Origin: an uncultured Dehalococcoidia bacterium
GTDB lineage: Bacteria; Chloroflexota; Dehalococcoidia; Lucifugimonadales; UBA2985
Direction of reading: 5' to 3'
Length of the DNA stretch: 64,000 nt
Assembly: GCA_964573055.1 (NCBI GenBank)
Contig: CAZNIG010000003.1
Span: 82,085-146,084, forward strand
Shown here: positions 1-12,780 of the stretch, in pieces
Numbering within the stretch: position 1 is the first letter of the stretch
Layout: every line of letters begins with the position of its first letter
Notes under the pieces: generated by a model
Seen by the model: only the letters and a program-made list of their open reading frames with translations
Told to the model about the DNA's origin: nothing
Database searches by the model: none
Made by a program: the position numbers and the translations under genes

Positions 1-1346
<1,346 letters not shown>

Positions 1347-1408
1347 GCAACCGAAATGCTCATGGCAATAACAGGTTAAAATAAATACAGGGATTATAAA
1401 GGAGGTAG

Positions 1409-2425
<1,017 letters not shown>

Positions 2426-2541
2426 TAGCAATTTATCAAAGATAATATGTACTAACCGACCTAACAAAAATAGACCTTCACGAAAACAATAAGCAACAGT
2501 AAATTGCCTGTGACTAGCTCGGTTGGTACAATGATTTTACT

Positions 2542-5500
2542 GTGGATTTTCCTTCTCCAAAGTTGTCATTGGTTACTTCCATCCATGGACTAGGGCAAAG
2601 CATTACTAAATGGATGCTGAGATTCGGCCCACTGGCTGTAGTCGCCCTGGCTGCAGCACTTCGCCTATATGGAATAAACTGGGACAACGGACATCTTTTC
2701 CATCCAGACGAAAGAGCCATTTTATTCCACGTCAATGACATGGCCTGGCCTAGGTTTTCTGACCTAACTGTCCTCTTTGATCCAGAAAATAGCCCGATGA
2801 ACCCCCAATGGTTCCCCTATGGAAGCCTGCCCTTATACCTAGTAAAAGCTATCCAATTGATAGGCTCACCATTTACTCACATGGATTTCCATGACCTGAG
2901 GATAGTAGGCAGAGGTCTCTCTGCATTGTCAGACTTGGGTACAGTTGTAATGGTGTTCTTACTCGGAACTAAACTTTACGGACGAAATGTAGGACTGCTA
3001 GCCTCTCTACTTTGTGCGGTGTCTGTGCTACACATTCAGCTCAGCCATTTTTATACCGTGGATACATATCTTGCCTTTTTCTTGATTTCCAGCATGTATT
3101 TCATGGCTTGTGTTATGGAAAGAGGCAAACTAAAAGACTCAATCCTGGCAGGTTCTTTTATAGGACTAGCCCTGGCTTGTAAAATAAGTGTAGCACCCAT
3201 ATTTGTGGTGTTCGTTGCCTGCCACTCAATGTATTGGTTTCGCCCATCACAAACGGCTCAAGCCACTTCGAAACTAATCATACGTAACTTCACACTAGGA
3301 ATAGTAGCATCTGCACTTGTTTTCTTTATAACCACCCCGTACGGCATTCTAGACTGGACTCGTCCTGATCCTTGCGAAATTCCGTTCTACTTCTTAAAGT
3401 TCTTAGAAAACAATTATTTCGCATGCGACGTGGGCGCTCAGATCAATATGGCGCGCGGCACATCAGGGCTGCCATTCACCCAACAATACATAGATACAAC
3501 CGCTTACCTGTATCAGATCCGCCAATTGGCTTTTTTTGGGTTAGGACTTCCCTTGGGAGTGCTGGTCTGGATTTCAGTATTGTTCACAATCGCGAGCGCA
3601 GTTTACCGACGCAACAAGGCCGACTTGCTATTGTTAGCTTGGATCATTCCTTATTTCGTATTGACCGGATATCTCCAAGTAAAATTCCTACGCTACATGC
3701 TACCTCTTACCCCATTTCTTATAATCCTAGCTGCCCGTATGCTGTTTTGGATAAAAAATAAATCCTCTCATCATTTACCTCGATATATCAACATCGTGAA
3801 GTCTTTGATGGTTTTATTAGTCCTTTCCACTATATTCTATGGCTTTTCATATATGAACGTGTATATGGAACCCCACACAGCAACCAGGGCGTCAGAATGG
3901 ATCAATGAGCATGTAGAGAAACAGTCCATAATTTTAATAGAGCATTGGGAAGAGCAAGTCCCACTCTTGTCGCAATACAAGATTGGTTGTGGCAATATAT
4001 GGGACTCCCAGAGCTGTATGACCATGTATGAACCAGACGATAAGAAATACCCTTCTGGCATAGACAAGATGACCAAGATAGCCCAACAACTTTCAGGAGC
4101 AGACTATCTTGTATTCTTTAGCAATCGCTTATACGGAACCATTCCTAGATTACCTGAGCGATATCCTGACAGCAGACAATACTACGTAAAGTTATTTGGA
4201 GAAGAACTCGGCTTCCAGCTAGAACACTGGGAAACTACTTATCCGACACTAATGGGATTAGCACTTATAGACGATACATTTAAACGTCCAGAGCTTCCTA
4301 TTCCTGAAGCCCTTGGGCTAAAGCCAGCTCCTTTGTCTATTAACCTAGGGTATGCTGACGAAAGCTTCAGTGTATACGACCACCCGAAAGTTCTCATATT
4401 CAAGAACATCGAAAGATTAAGCTGGCAGGACATCTACCGTGAGTTAGTTACTGAGAATGCTATAGCTTCTAAATCCAATCAACTCTTATTAACTCAATCT
4501 ACACTAGCATCACAACAAGAAGGAGGCACGTGGACTACTATATTTGATCCTCATAGTTTAGCGAATCGCTTCCCAATAGTGATTTGGTTCGTCTGGATAC
4601 AAATCCTTGCAATTCTTGCTTTGCCTATTAGCGCAATGCTGTTCAAGCCACTCCCTGATAAAGGCTATATCTTAGCAAAACCACTAGGTGTGTTGTTAGT
4701 AGCATACGTCACTTGGCTTTTGGCAAGTCTTGAATGGATGCCCTTTTCGCGAAATTCCATCCTGTTCTCAGCCCTGTTAATGTCCTCGGTATCTCTGTTA
4801 CTGATCTATACTAAACGCGTAGTATTGTTTTCGCTATTTAGAGAAAATTTGCGAACCATAGCCATCGGAGAGACCATTTTCCTAGCTTCTTTTATGGTAT
4901 TCCTTGCGATTCGTGCGGCAAACCCAGACCTTTGGCACCCTTTTAACGGCGGCGAGAAGCCTATGGACATGGCTTACTTGAACGCCGTGATCCGCTCAAC
5001 TTACATGCCACCCTATGATCCCTGGTTCTCAGGTGGTTATATTAATTACTACTACTTTGGACAATTTATAGTAGCGAGTATAGTAAAAGTGACAGGAATT
5101 CTACCAGAAACGGCTTTTAACCTCGCCGTACCACTATTTTTCTCGCTGTCTGCCATAGGCGTATATTCCCTAGTGTTTAATCTTGCTGAAGGAACTCGTA
5201 AGATCGCCCCAGTACTTATTAATAGAGCACCCCCTGCCTTAGCAGCCATGATAGCCGTTTTCTTTGTGCTCATCATTGGGAACATAGACGGACTCATACA
5301 GCTAATAGAAGGACTCATAAATCTCTTTAAGAATAATCAACCTTTCGGACAATTCGATTTCTGGCGTAGCAGTAGAATGATTCCTCCGGGAAATCCTCGG
5401 GGCTTTGAAATAACCGAGTTCCCATTCTTCACTTTCCTGTTTGCAGATTTACACGCACACATGATGGCCATACCATTCGCTCTTTTATCACTATCGATTG

Positions 5501-7152
5501 CCCTTTCATTATCAGTGAAAATAAGCAATGGCTCGAACCTACTAGAACGCACATTACATCTGATGGCCTTAGGATTGACTATTGGATCTCTGCGTGCCAT
5601 TAACACCTGGGATTTCCCCACCTACCTAATCATATCTGCGTCTATACTGCTAATAGCAGAATATGCCAAGTCAAACCGCGTTAGTTTCCCAATGATTGCC
5701 CGGGCTTGTGGTCAAATCTTATTCTTATTCTGGATGACAACCCTACTGTTCAGCCCTTTTATCGAGAATTATCAGTCCTTTAACGATGGAATAATACGCA
5801 GTAAATGGCAAACACCTTTAATATCCTACTTAGCCATACACAGCCTTTTTGTTTTCATAATAGTCACCTTTCTCGTTCAAACCTGCTTTAAGCGCCAAAT
5901 CGCCTCACATCCTGCACCGATCACTACTTCCAGCGCCTCTAATTCAGGTAAAGAGCTATCACTTAACCCACGTAATAAATATCTCCCTGATGAAGTATCT
6001 ATAAAGCTGATAATTTTGATTAGCGTAGTCATAGCCTCGTTAATTGCAATAATTATAATGGGCTACACCACCTTGGCTTTTATACTAACTCTCCTTATGG
6101 CATTGGCACTTAGTGTGCATAAGCAGCAATCCCCCAGGATAACCAATTGGGACTACGAAACTTTTGCCCCATTGCTGATAGTTATTGCCCTTGCCATAGG
6201 TGCTGGAGTAGAACTGATAACAATTCAGGGAGACATCGCCCGTATGAACACCGTATTCAAGTTTTACTTCCAAGCCTGGATACTCTTCGGAACTGCATCG
6301 GCGTATTTACTCTGGTATATGGGTGTCAGACTGAATATATCTAAGAACAATTTCATGATAAATGGACCCAATCGGATCATATTGATAACTATATCCCTAG
6401 CTGCAAGTTGGATTGCTGTGATAGTGTGGCTTCCGGTTATAATTTGGTTGTTTTACGGATTAATATGTGGACTAGCCGCGTGGATATATGCCCCGGCCAG
6501 AGGCTATACGAATGCACTAATAGCCTCTTCACGAGGATTTTGGTTGATCGCACTAGCAATACTGCTTACTGGCAGTTCAATTTATACCGTAGCAGGCACA
6601 AGGGACAGGTTACGAGACAGATTTGAAGTTCTACCACTGTCCCTGAATGGACTGGCTTATATGGATAACGCCATATATTATTTTGACGGCGGCGATGGTA
6701 CCAATGAACTCAAATGGGATTATCAGGCAATTCAGTACCTGAGAAGCACCAAAATACAGGGCTCTCCAGTTATTCTGGAAGGACAGGGCGAACTGTATAG
6801 AACCCTTCACAGTAGAGCATCGATATACACTGGATTGCCAACGGTGCTTGGATGGGATAACCACCAAGGTCAGCAAAGAGGCTACGGCATAAAAATTAGT
6901 CAGCGTAAAAACGATATCAGGTATATTTACTCTACAACAGATACTGAACTGGCTCTTAACCTATTGGACAAATACAACGTAAAGTACATATACGTAGGAG
7001 ATATAGAGCGGCACTACTATCCTGAGGAAGGAATAGCCAAATTCTCAGAAATGCTAGGTAGCAACCTAAGTATGGCCTATCAGAATGAGCGAGTTACGAT
7101 ATATGAGATCATCCCGGATAATGCCCGAATTGAGCAGCCAGAAAGGCTATGA
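2542..7152 (+). CDS. Large polytopic membrane protein: N-terminal GT-C/PMT-like glycosyltransferase module fused to a DUF2298 (Chlor_Arch_YYY) module
   Basis: N-terminal HPDE, YGSLP and QLSHFYTVD motifs (GT39/PMT_2-like); C-terminal GGEKPMD, PPYDPWFSGGYINYYYFGQ, ITEFPFFTFLFADLHAH and RMNTVFKFY motifs; many TM helices. Start uncertain (ATG 2614 is an alternative). Confidence 0.85.
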   Translation: MDFPSPKLSLVTSIHGLGQSITKWMLRFGPLAVVALAAALRLYGINWDNGHLFHPDERAILFHVNDMAWPRFSDLTVLFDPENSPMNPQWFPYGSLPLYLVKAIQLIGSPFTHMDFHDLRIVGRGLSALSDLGTVVMVFLLGTKLYGRNVGLLASLLCAVSVLHIQLSHFYTVDTYLAFFLISSMYFMACVMERGKLKDSILAGSFIGLALACKISVAPIFVVFVACHSMYWFRPSQTAQATSKLIIRNFTLGIVASALVFFITTPYGILDWTRPDPCEIPFYFLKFLENNYFACDVGAQINMARGTSGLPFTQQYIDTTAYLYQIRQLAFFGLGLPLGVLVWISVLFTIASAVYRRNKADLLLLAWIIPYFVLTGYLQVKFLRYMLPLTPFLIILAARMLFWIKNKSSHHLPRYINIVKSLMVLLVLSTIFYGFSYMNVYMEPHTATRASEWINEHVEKQSIILIEHWEEQVPLLSQYKIGCGNIWDSQSCMTMYEPDDKKYPSGIDKMTKIAQQLSGADYLVFFSNRLYGTIPRLPERYPDSRQYYVKLFGEELGFQLEHWETTYPTLMGLALIDDTFKRPELPIPEALGLKPAPLSINLGYADESFSVYDHPKVLIFKNIERLSWQDIYRELVTENAIASKSNQLLLTQSTLASQQEGGTWTTIFDPHSLANRFPIVIWFVWIQILAILALPISAMLFKPLPDKGYILAKPLGVLLVAYVTWLLASLEWMPFSRNSILFSALLMSSVSLLLIYTKRVVLFSLFRENLRTIAIGETIFLASFMVFLAIRAANPDLWHPFNGGEKPMDMAYLNAVIRSTYMPPYDPWFSGGYINYYYFGQFIVASIVKVTGILPETAFNLAVPLFFSLSAIGVYSLVFNLAEGTRKIAPVLINRAPPALAAMIAVFFVLIIGNIDGLIQLIEGLINLFKNNQPFGQFDFWRSSRMIPPGNPRGFEITEFPFFTFLFADLHAHMMAIPFALLSLSIALSLSVKISNGSNLLERTLHLMALGLTIGSLRAINTWDFPTYLIISASILLIAEYAKSNRVSFPMIARACGQILFLFWMTTLLFSPFIENYQSFNDGIIRSKWQTPLISYLAIHSLFVFIIVTFLVQTCFKRQIASHPAPITTSSASNSGKELSLNPRNKYLPDEVSIKLIILISVVIASLIAIIIMGYTTLAFILTLLMALALSVHKQQSPRITNWDYETFAPLLIVIALAIGAGVELITIQGDIARMNTVFKFYFQAWILFGTASAYLLWYMGVRLNISKNNFMINGPNRIILITISLAASWIAVIVWLPVIIWLFYGLICGLAAWIYAPARGYTNALIASSRGFWLIALAILLTGSSIYTVAGTRDRLRDRFEVLPLSLNGLAYMDNAIYYFDGGDGTNELKWDYQAIQYLRSTKIQGSPVILEGQGELYRTLHSRASIYTGLPTVLGWDNHQGQQRGYGIKISQRKNDIRYIYSTTDTELALNLLDKYNVKYIYVGDIERHYYPEEGIAKFSEMLGSNLSMAYQNERVTIYEIIPDNARIEQPERL

Positions 7153-7210
7153 TATGATTGTCTGTGACTCGTAATATATATCAGCCAGTACCATAAGGGG
7201 GAAAGGGTGG

Positions 7211-7513
7211 ATGGAAGCGGATCAGCTGTTAGCCGTAATTCGGGACATGTTACTGATTTTACTCGCGATCACTGGTGTGATTGTATCCGTGACTATATCC
7301 ATAGTCGCGTTACTCCTATACCGTAAAGTGTCTCCAATAATAACAGCAGCTAAAACTACTGTAGATCAAGCGCAAGAGACATCTAGTATTATTTCTGACA
7401 AAATAGTAAAGCCTATGGTAGCTTCGTCTACACTTGCCCATTCCGCAGGCCAAGTGGCAGGTTTCATCATGGGCCTTTCTAAAGGAAAGGGGGGACAAAA
7501 CAATGGGAAGTGA
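7211..7513 (+). CDS. Small membrane-anchored protein (DUF948/YoxC-like) preceding a YtxH-family gene
   Basis: Single N-terminal TM followed by an amphipathic helix; RBS present; overlaps the next gene. Confidence 0.65.
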   Translation: MEADQLLAVIRDMLLILLAITGVIVSVTISIVALLLYRKVSPIITAAKTTVDQAQETSSIISDKIVKPMVASSTLAHSAGQVAGFIMGLSKGKGGQNNGK

Positions 7514-7793
7514 TCACAGGGGGCCTGGGTTCGGCACAGGATTAGCTTTAGGGGCTTTAATGGGATCTCTAGTAGCATTGCTTCTAGCACCTAAACCCGG
7601 CGAAGAAACACGAAACCAAGTAATGGAAAAAACCGCGCCGCTTAGGGAAAAAGCAGAATTTCTTGCCAGTGAAGCAAGAGAACGACTTAAAGAGGCAATC
7701 GAAGAGGGAAGGATAGTCGCAAGCAGAATCATGGCCGGCCACGACGACAATTCCCAGAAGGATGGATCTCTAGAAAACCAAGATAACACCTAG
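7503..7793 (+). CDS. YtxH domain-containing protein
   Basis: FGTGLALGALMGSLVALLLAPKPGEETR signature; ATG 7503 follows a G-rich RBS. Confidence 0.85.
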   Translation: MGSDHRGPGFGTGLALGALMGSLVALLLAPKPGEETRNQVMEKTAPLREKAEFLASEARERLKEAIEEGRIVASRIMAGHDDNSQKDGSLENQDNT

Positions 7794-8620
7794 CCATCAG
7801 AATGCTTGGGATATGAACCAAAGATTTTCATCATATCAGAAGAAGCATCAAGTGCAGAGAGTGCCTCCTTAACCAACTGGTCATTCCTATGCCCCTCAAG
7901 ATCAACCAGGAATATGTACCTACCCAGACTCTCTTTACTGGGACGGGACTCCACTTTAACAAGATTAAGTTCCCTATTGGCAAATTCACCCAATACCGAA
8001 TAAAAGATACCTGGCTTATCCTCCCCAAATGAGAAACAGACAGACGTCTTATCTGACCCAGTAGGCTCATGATCTTGATGCGAAAGAACCACAAACCTAG
8101 TGAAATTGACCTGGTTGTCCTGGATCCCCTGAGCCAATATCATAGCCCCGTATATTTCAGCGGCCCTGCTGGGAGCTATTGCCGCTGAAGGGATATCGCT
8201 CCCAAGCATATCCTCCACAGCAGCAGCTGTACTTAACGAAGCAACCACCTGAGCTTTAGGAAAGCACCTTTCTATAAATCGTCGACATTGTCCCAAAGCT
8301 TGAGGATGAGAGTACACGATGGACACGTCTTCAATCGAGTCACCATGACTTACCAAAAGACAGTGCTCAATTGGAATTACTATTTCATGACAAATCAACA
8401 ACTCAGACTCGTGAATTAACAAGTCCAAAGTATCGGTTACTGAACCCTCTAGACTATTCTCAATAGGGACAACGCCCTCATCAGCCATTCCTGCCTCTAC
8501 AGCAGCCGCCACTGCCGCTATAGACGTAAACGGCAGACGCTGTGCGTGGACATCGTAGCGTACCGCCGCCGCTTCGGTGAATGTCCCTGCAGGACCAAAA
8601 TATGCTAATCGTTTGGGCAT
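7790..8620 (-). CDS. pheA: Prephenate dehydratase with ACT domain
   Basis: GPAGTF, PIENSLEG, SHPQALGQC, TRF and ESRP motifs. Confidence 0.97.
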   Translation of the reverse strand: MPKRLAYFGPAGTFTEAAAVRYDVHAQRLPFTSIAAVAAAVEAGMADEGVVPIENSLEGSVTDTLDLLIHESELLICHEIVIPIEHCLLVSHGDSIEDVSIVYSHPQALGQCRRFIERCFPKAQVVASLSTAAAVEDMLGSDIPSAAIAPSRAAEIYGAMILAQGIQDNQVNFTRFVVLSHQDHEPTGSDKTSVCFSFGEDKPGIFYSVLGEFANRELNLVKVESRPSKESLGRYIFLVDLEGHRNDQLVKEALSALDASSDMMKIFGSYPKHSDG

Positions 8621-8740
8621 AACATTTTATCTAATTTCAGCCAATTAACCCAGACAGACACAGACGCCATAGCCAACTGGACCCAGTCTGGCCCCAAAGA
8701 CATTTCACTATTGACACGGTATACCACTGGGATTTCAAGA

Positions 8741-9400
8741 CTAAGCAGTATGGAGCTTTTCAACTTGATCGTCATTACCAGCCACTACAAGAATATCCCC
8801 TTTCTGAAGTTTGTCATCTTTTTCAGGCGCAAGTGTCACATTCCTACCTCTCATGATAGCTAGTACTGAGACTCCATTTTTGTCCCTAATGCCCCCTAAA
8901 CCAACTTCATTTATGCTTTTTTCTGCTAAGTTATCCGGCAATCTTATTTTGCTAATACCAAATTCACTTGTTAGATCCATGTACTCTAGCACATCCGGAT
9001 TGAATAGGCTGTGAGCAAGAGTCTCACCCATTTCTTGCTCAACATAGATGACTTTGTGCACTCCAATTCTACCCAAAGTGATGGCATGTAGGTTATCTTT
9101 AGCACGCGCTATTATAAGTGGCACACCTAGAGTCGCTAACAACACCGATGCCATTAGATTAACCTGCATGTCCGTACCAACTGCGACTATCGCAGCGTCA
9201 AAATTGGCAACCCCCAAATCCTTAAGAGTACCTTCATCTGTAGCATCACCTTGAACACTGTAGGTTATCTGTCCCAAGTGATCTTGAACTACCTTTTCGT
9301 CTTTATCAATGCCCAACACATCATAACCCTGCTGAAACAGATTATACGCAAGGCTAGACCCAAATCTACCTAGTCCTATTACCATTACTGACTTGGCCAT
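8741..9400 (-). CDS. ktrA: KtrA/TrkA family K+ uptake regulatory subunit (RCK_N + RCK_C)
   Basis: VIGLGRFG Rossmann motif; C-terminal TrkA_C domain; coupled to ktrB. Confidence 0.92.
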   Translation of the reverse strand: MAKSVMVIGLGRFGSSLAYNLFQQGYDVLGIDKDEKVVQDHLGQITYSVQGDATDEGTLKDLGVANFDAAIVAVGTDMQVNLMASVLLATLGVPLIIARAKDNLHAITLGRIGVHKVIYVEQEMGETLAHSLFNPDVLEYMDLTSEFGISKIRLPDNLAEKSINEVGLGGIRDKNGVSVLAIMRGRNVTLAPEKDDKLQKGDILVVAGNDDQVEKLHTA

Positions 9401-9406
9401 ATCAAT

Positions 9407-10834
9407 TCACCCTATTTTAATCCTTTCCTCCGCAAATCGATAGGGAGCATCTTCCTCTCGCTGTGCTAGAACTAAAACCAATGTCAATGGTCCGACACGC
9501 CCGAGAAACATCGTAAGAATAATTATCACCTTGCCGAGTTCAGATAATTCACTCGTAATTCCGGTCGACAACCCTACTGTAGCAAAAGCCGATACAGTTT
9601 CAAAAAGAATCTGTATAAACGGGAAGCCCTCGCTAATTGTTAGAAAGAACGCCACACCGAATACCATAGCCATGCCTAAAATCAAAACCGTAAGAGCTCT
9701 ATATATCTGGGGTTGAGGTATTTCCCTCCCAAACACGGTAGCGTGAGTCCTACCACTTATGGACGACAGTACAGCTATCAGTAATACTGCAAAGGTATTC
9801 ACCTTTATACCACCAGCCGTGGAAGCTGAAGCACCCCCAATAAACATCAATCCTGTAAGGAAAAAGTTACTATGCTGCTCCATATCTCCAAAATCAACAG
9901 TGGTAAATCCGGCAGTCCTGCCACTAACAGAGTGAAAAATAGCATTCATGATCTTCCCGGGATTCGACATCGAACCAAGAGTTGCTTCGTTACCGTATTC
10001 AGCTACCAATATCACGAGTGTCCCCAAGACTAACATGCCAGTGGTAACTATAACTACCAATTTGGTGTCCAGGGTATATCTATTGAACCTTCGGAGTCCA
10101 AATATATCCAAAAGCACACTATAACTCAATGTTCCAAGTACTATAAGAATCGTCATGGGAATTAAGAGACCATAATCTTCTTGAAATGCACTCAGACTCT
10201 CGGAGTTAGGAAATATTACAAACCCCGCGTTATTGAAACCTGAGACCGCGTGGAACATAGCCTGCCAGACAGCGGTAGAAGCAGTATATTCCTGCAATAG
10301 CCTTATAAACAAAACCACGGTCCCTACCACCTGAATACCCACTACCGCTAGTACTATACGTATAGTAAGTCTTATCAAACCCTCAAGACGAGATTCACCT
10401 AGGCTCTCTCTCATCAAAAGTCGATTTGCCAATGTTAGTCTTTGACCAATCATGATTAGTAGAAATGTTGCACTAGTCATGATGCCTAAACCACCTGTGA
10501 AAATAAGAACCATAATTATAAATTGGCCGTAAACGCTCCAGTATGTAGGAGTATCAACAACTATAAGACCAGTAACTGTAACGGCAGAAGTAGCGGTGAA
10601 AAGAGCATCTAAAAATGGAGTAATGCCTTCAAGTGTGTTAGCGAAAGGCATCAACAACAATAAAGTACCTATAATTATAAGGAAACTGAATCCCCCAAAA
10701 AGAATATAAGGTGATCCAAAGTTTTTTGGAGGAACGCGCGGCGGCCTAGCATCAATATGTCGTGGAGTGATATCTTGTTCAGTCACTCGCTTTATTGCCT
10801 CTTGGTCAGGTGATTCTTGCCGGTATTGTTGCAA
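9407..10834 (-). CDS. ktrB: KtrB/TrkH family K+ uptake membrane subunit
   Basis: Four pore-loop motifs (SAVTVTGL, FNNAGF, RTAGF, FATVGLS), STAGGIKV and GRVGPLT. Confidence 0.93.
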   Translation of the reverse strand: MQQYRQESPDQEAIKRVTEQDITPRHIDARPPRVPPKNFGSPYILFGGFSFLIIIGTLLLLMPFANTLEGITPFLDALFTATSAVTVTGLIVVDTPTYWSVYGQFIIMVLIFTGGLGIMTSATFLLIMIGQRLTLANRLLMRESLGESRLEGLIRLTIRIVLAVVGIQVVGTVVLFIRLLQEYTASTAVWQAMFHAVSGFNNAGFVIFPNSESLSAFQEDYGLLIPMTILIVLGTLSYSVLLDIFGLRRFNRYTLDTKLVVIVTTGMLVLGTLVILVAEYGNEATLGSMSNPGKIMNAIFHSVSGRTAGFTTVDFGDMEQHSNFFLTGLMFIGGASASTAGGIKVNTFAVLLIAVLSSISGRTHATVFGREIPQPQIYRALTVLILGMAMVFGVAFFLTISEGFPFIQILFETVSAFATVGLSTGITSELSELGKVIIILTMFLGRVGPLTLVLVLAQREEDAPYRFAEERIKIG

Positions 10835-10867
10835 CCCACACTCCGGTGACTTAAGTCTATATAATTT

Positions 10868-10999
10868 TATCCTACCACCGCTTACGGGGCTTCCGAGACT
10901 GAGGGCTGGCCTCTTGGAGCTTCAGTAGCATATTAAACTCCAGGCATCGGACTAGGAAGTGAAATGGTTACTACACCGAGGTTGGCGATTCTCGACGAC
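10868..10999 (-). ncRNA. Putative structured 5' leader (riboswitch candidate) of ktrBA
   Basis: GC-rich leader directly after the promoter, with stems UCGAGA/UCUCGG, UCGG/CCGA and UGGAGUUU/AAGCUCCA; family not recognised. Confidence 0.4.
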
Positions 11000-11003
11000 G
11001 GCG

Positions 11004-11032
11004 ATTCTATATCGATCATCCGACCATGTCAA
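11004..11032 (-). promoter_or_regulatory. Sigma70-type promoter for the ktrBA leader
   Basis: TTGACA-17 bp-TAGAAT on the minus strand. Confidence 0.8.
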
Positions 11033-11106
11033 TAAGCTTCAAAGGGTTCAGGATTAGCTGAGGTGGTCATAGGAATAAAAATCCGATGCTGACAACACTG
11101 GTTCCA

Positions 11107-12138
11107 TCAGAATTGCAGCCTACCTTGGCCTTTAACCCCAAGCCGCGTCACCGCGGATGGCCCCACCTTTCGCCCAGCGGGAGTTCTTAGTACAAATCCC
11201 ATTTTTAGAAGAAAAGGCTCAACCACATCTACTAGGGTCTGTACTTCTTCGTTTACGGTTGCTGCCAAGGCTTCGATACCGACAGGCCCTCCGTTGTAAT
11301 TCTCAGCAATGGTTGTCAGATACAACCTATCAAGTCTATCTAGGCCTAACGAATCCACACCTTCCCTAGTTAACGCGATATCAGCTAATTCCTTGGTGAT
11401 ATTACCGGTAGATCTAACCTGAACGAAGTCTCTTACACGACGTAGAAGTCTATTAGCTATCCGAGGGGTTCCTCTGGATCTGTGGGCTATTTCTCTGGCA
11501 CCTTCTTGGTCTATTTCCACCCTCAAAATATTTGCCGAACGGCGAACCACCTCTGTCAATTCTTCTGGGGAATAAAAATCCAAATGATAAGACATCCCGA
11601 ATCTATCCCTTAGGGGAGCGGTTAGAAGACCCGCCCTTGTGGTAGCTCCAATCAAGGTGAACCTTTTCAATTGAAAAGGCATGGTCTTCGCATAAGCCCC
11701 TTTACCATAAATAAAATCTACTTGAAAATCTTCCATGGCAGAATAGAGATACTCTTCGACAGCGTGTGGAACTCTATGGATTTCATCGATAAAAAGAACC
11801 TCTCCGGCATCCAAATTGGACAAAATGCCGACAATATCTACTGGCTTTTCTAAAGCGGGTCCAGAAGTATGTGTTATATCTGAACCCATCGCCTTTGAGA
11901 TTATATGCGAAAGTGTCGTTTTCCCCAGACCTGGTGGGCCATGAAAAAGCACGTGCTCTAGGGGCTCCCCTCTCGCCTGAGCAGCTCCCATCGCTATACC
12001 TAGACTCTCGACTACATGAGTTTGACCAACATACTCTTCCATGGTACGTGGTCGTAAATTCCAATTAGCACCGTCTTCCTTATTCTCTTCAGGAACGTGC
12101 TCATCAGCATCAGCCTTAATAATGGGTTCCCTAGACAT
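11107..12138 (-). CDS. ruvB: Holliday junction branch migration helicase RuvB
   Basis: [23 protein letters not shown] and [11 protein letters not shown] motifs. Confidence 0.99.
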   Translation of the reverse strand: MSREPIIKADADEHVPEENKEDGANWNLRPRTMEEYVGQTHVVESLGIAMGAAQARGEPLEHVLFHGPPGLGKTTLSHIISKAMGSDITHTSGPALEKPVDIVGILSNLDAGEVLFIDEIHRVPHAVEEYLYSAMEDFQVDFIYGKGAYAKTMPFQLKRFTLIGATTRAGLLTAPLRDRFGMSYHLDFYSPEELTEVVRRSANILRVEIDQEGAREIAHRSRGTPRIANRLLRRVRDFVQVRSTGNITKELADIALTREGVDSLGLDRLDRLYLTTIAENYNGGPVGIEALAATVNEEVQTLVDVVEPFLLKMGFVLRTPAGRKVGPSAVTRLGVKGQGRLQF

Positions 12139-12147
12139 CCTAATATC

Positions 12148-12780
12148 CTATTCACGATCCATGCGGAAGACTTCCCGAAGAAGTTCTTGAGCATCGTTTG
12201 TCGTTATACCGGACTGATATGCCGCCTCCACCTTCTCTCTAGCTTCAGATATCCTGTGGCCAAGATTAACCAGAACACCAACTGCCTCTTCTTTCGCGTC
12301 CTGATGCGTAACCACAGTTGGAACTGTAGCATAACCTTCGTCTTTAAGCAGAGCCCATTCTGCCAACTTTCCTCTTAGAGTGGCAACCATCTTGTCTGCC
12401 GTACGCTTGCCTATGCCAGGCATACGCACCAATAAAGATGTGTCTCCATCCTCAATTGCCCGCGCTATAGTAGATACTGAAAACACCAGTGCTCTGGCGG
12501 CAGTATTTACGCCAACATCCTCAACCTGAAGCAGTTTTTCGAAGAAAGTACGCTCAAATTCTTTCTTGAATCCAACGAGAACTGGCTTAGGCTGTCTTTC
12601 CGATGCGTGGTAGTATATTTCCATCTCCATTTCATCATCCTCACGCCTACCATCTTCCTCCATACCTCTCATGACAAAATAAGGAATGAGTAACTCATAT
12701 CCAACCCCGTTTACATCCAATATCACGCGGCCATCTTCCTTATAAATCCGTCTAATATGGCCCTTTAAGTAATTTATCAA
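12148..12780 (-). CDS. ruvA: Holliday junction branch migration protein RuvA
   Basis: DVNGVGYE motif and HhH motif PGIGKRTA; lies between ruvC and ruvB. Confidence 0.95.
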   Translation of the reverse strand: MINYLKGHIRRIYKEDGRVILDVNGVGYELLIPYFVMRGMEEDGRREDDEMEMEIYYHASERQPKPVLVGFKKEFERTFFEKLLQVEDVGVNTAARALVFSVSTIARAIEDGDTSLLVRMPGIGKRTADKMVATLRGKLAEWALLKDEGYATVPTVVTHQDAKEEAVGVLVNLGHRISEAREKVEAAYQSGITTNDAQELLREVFRMDRE

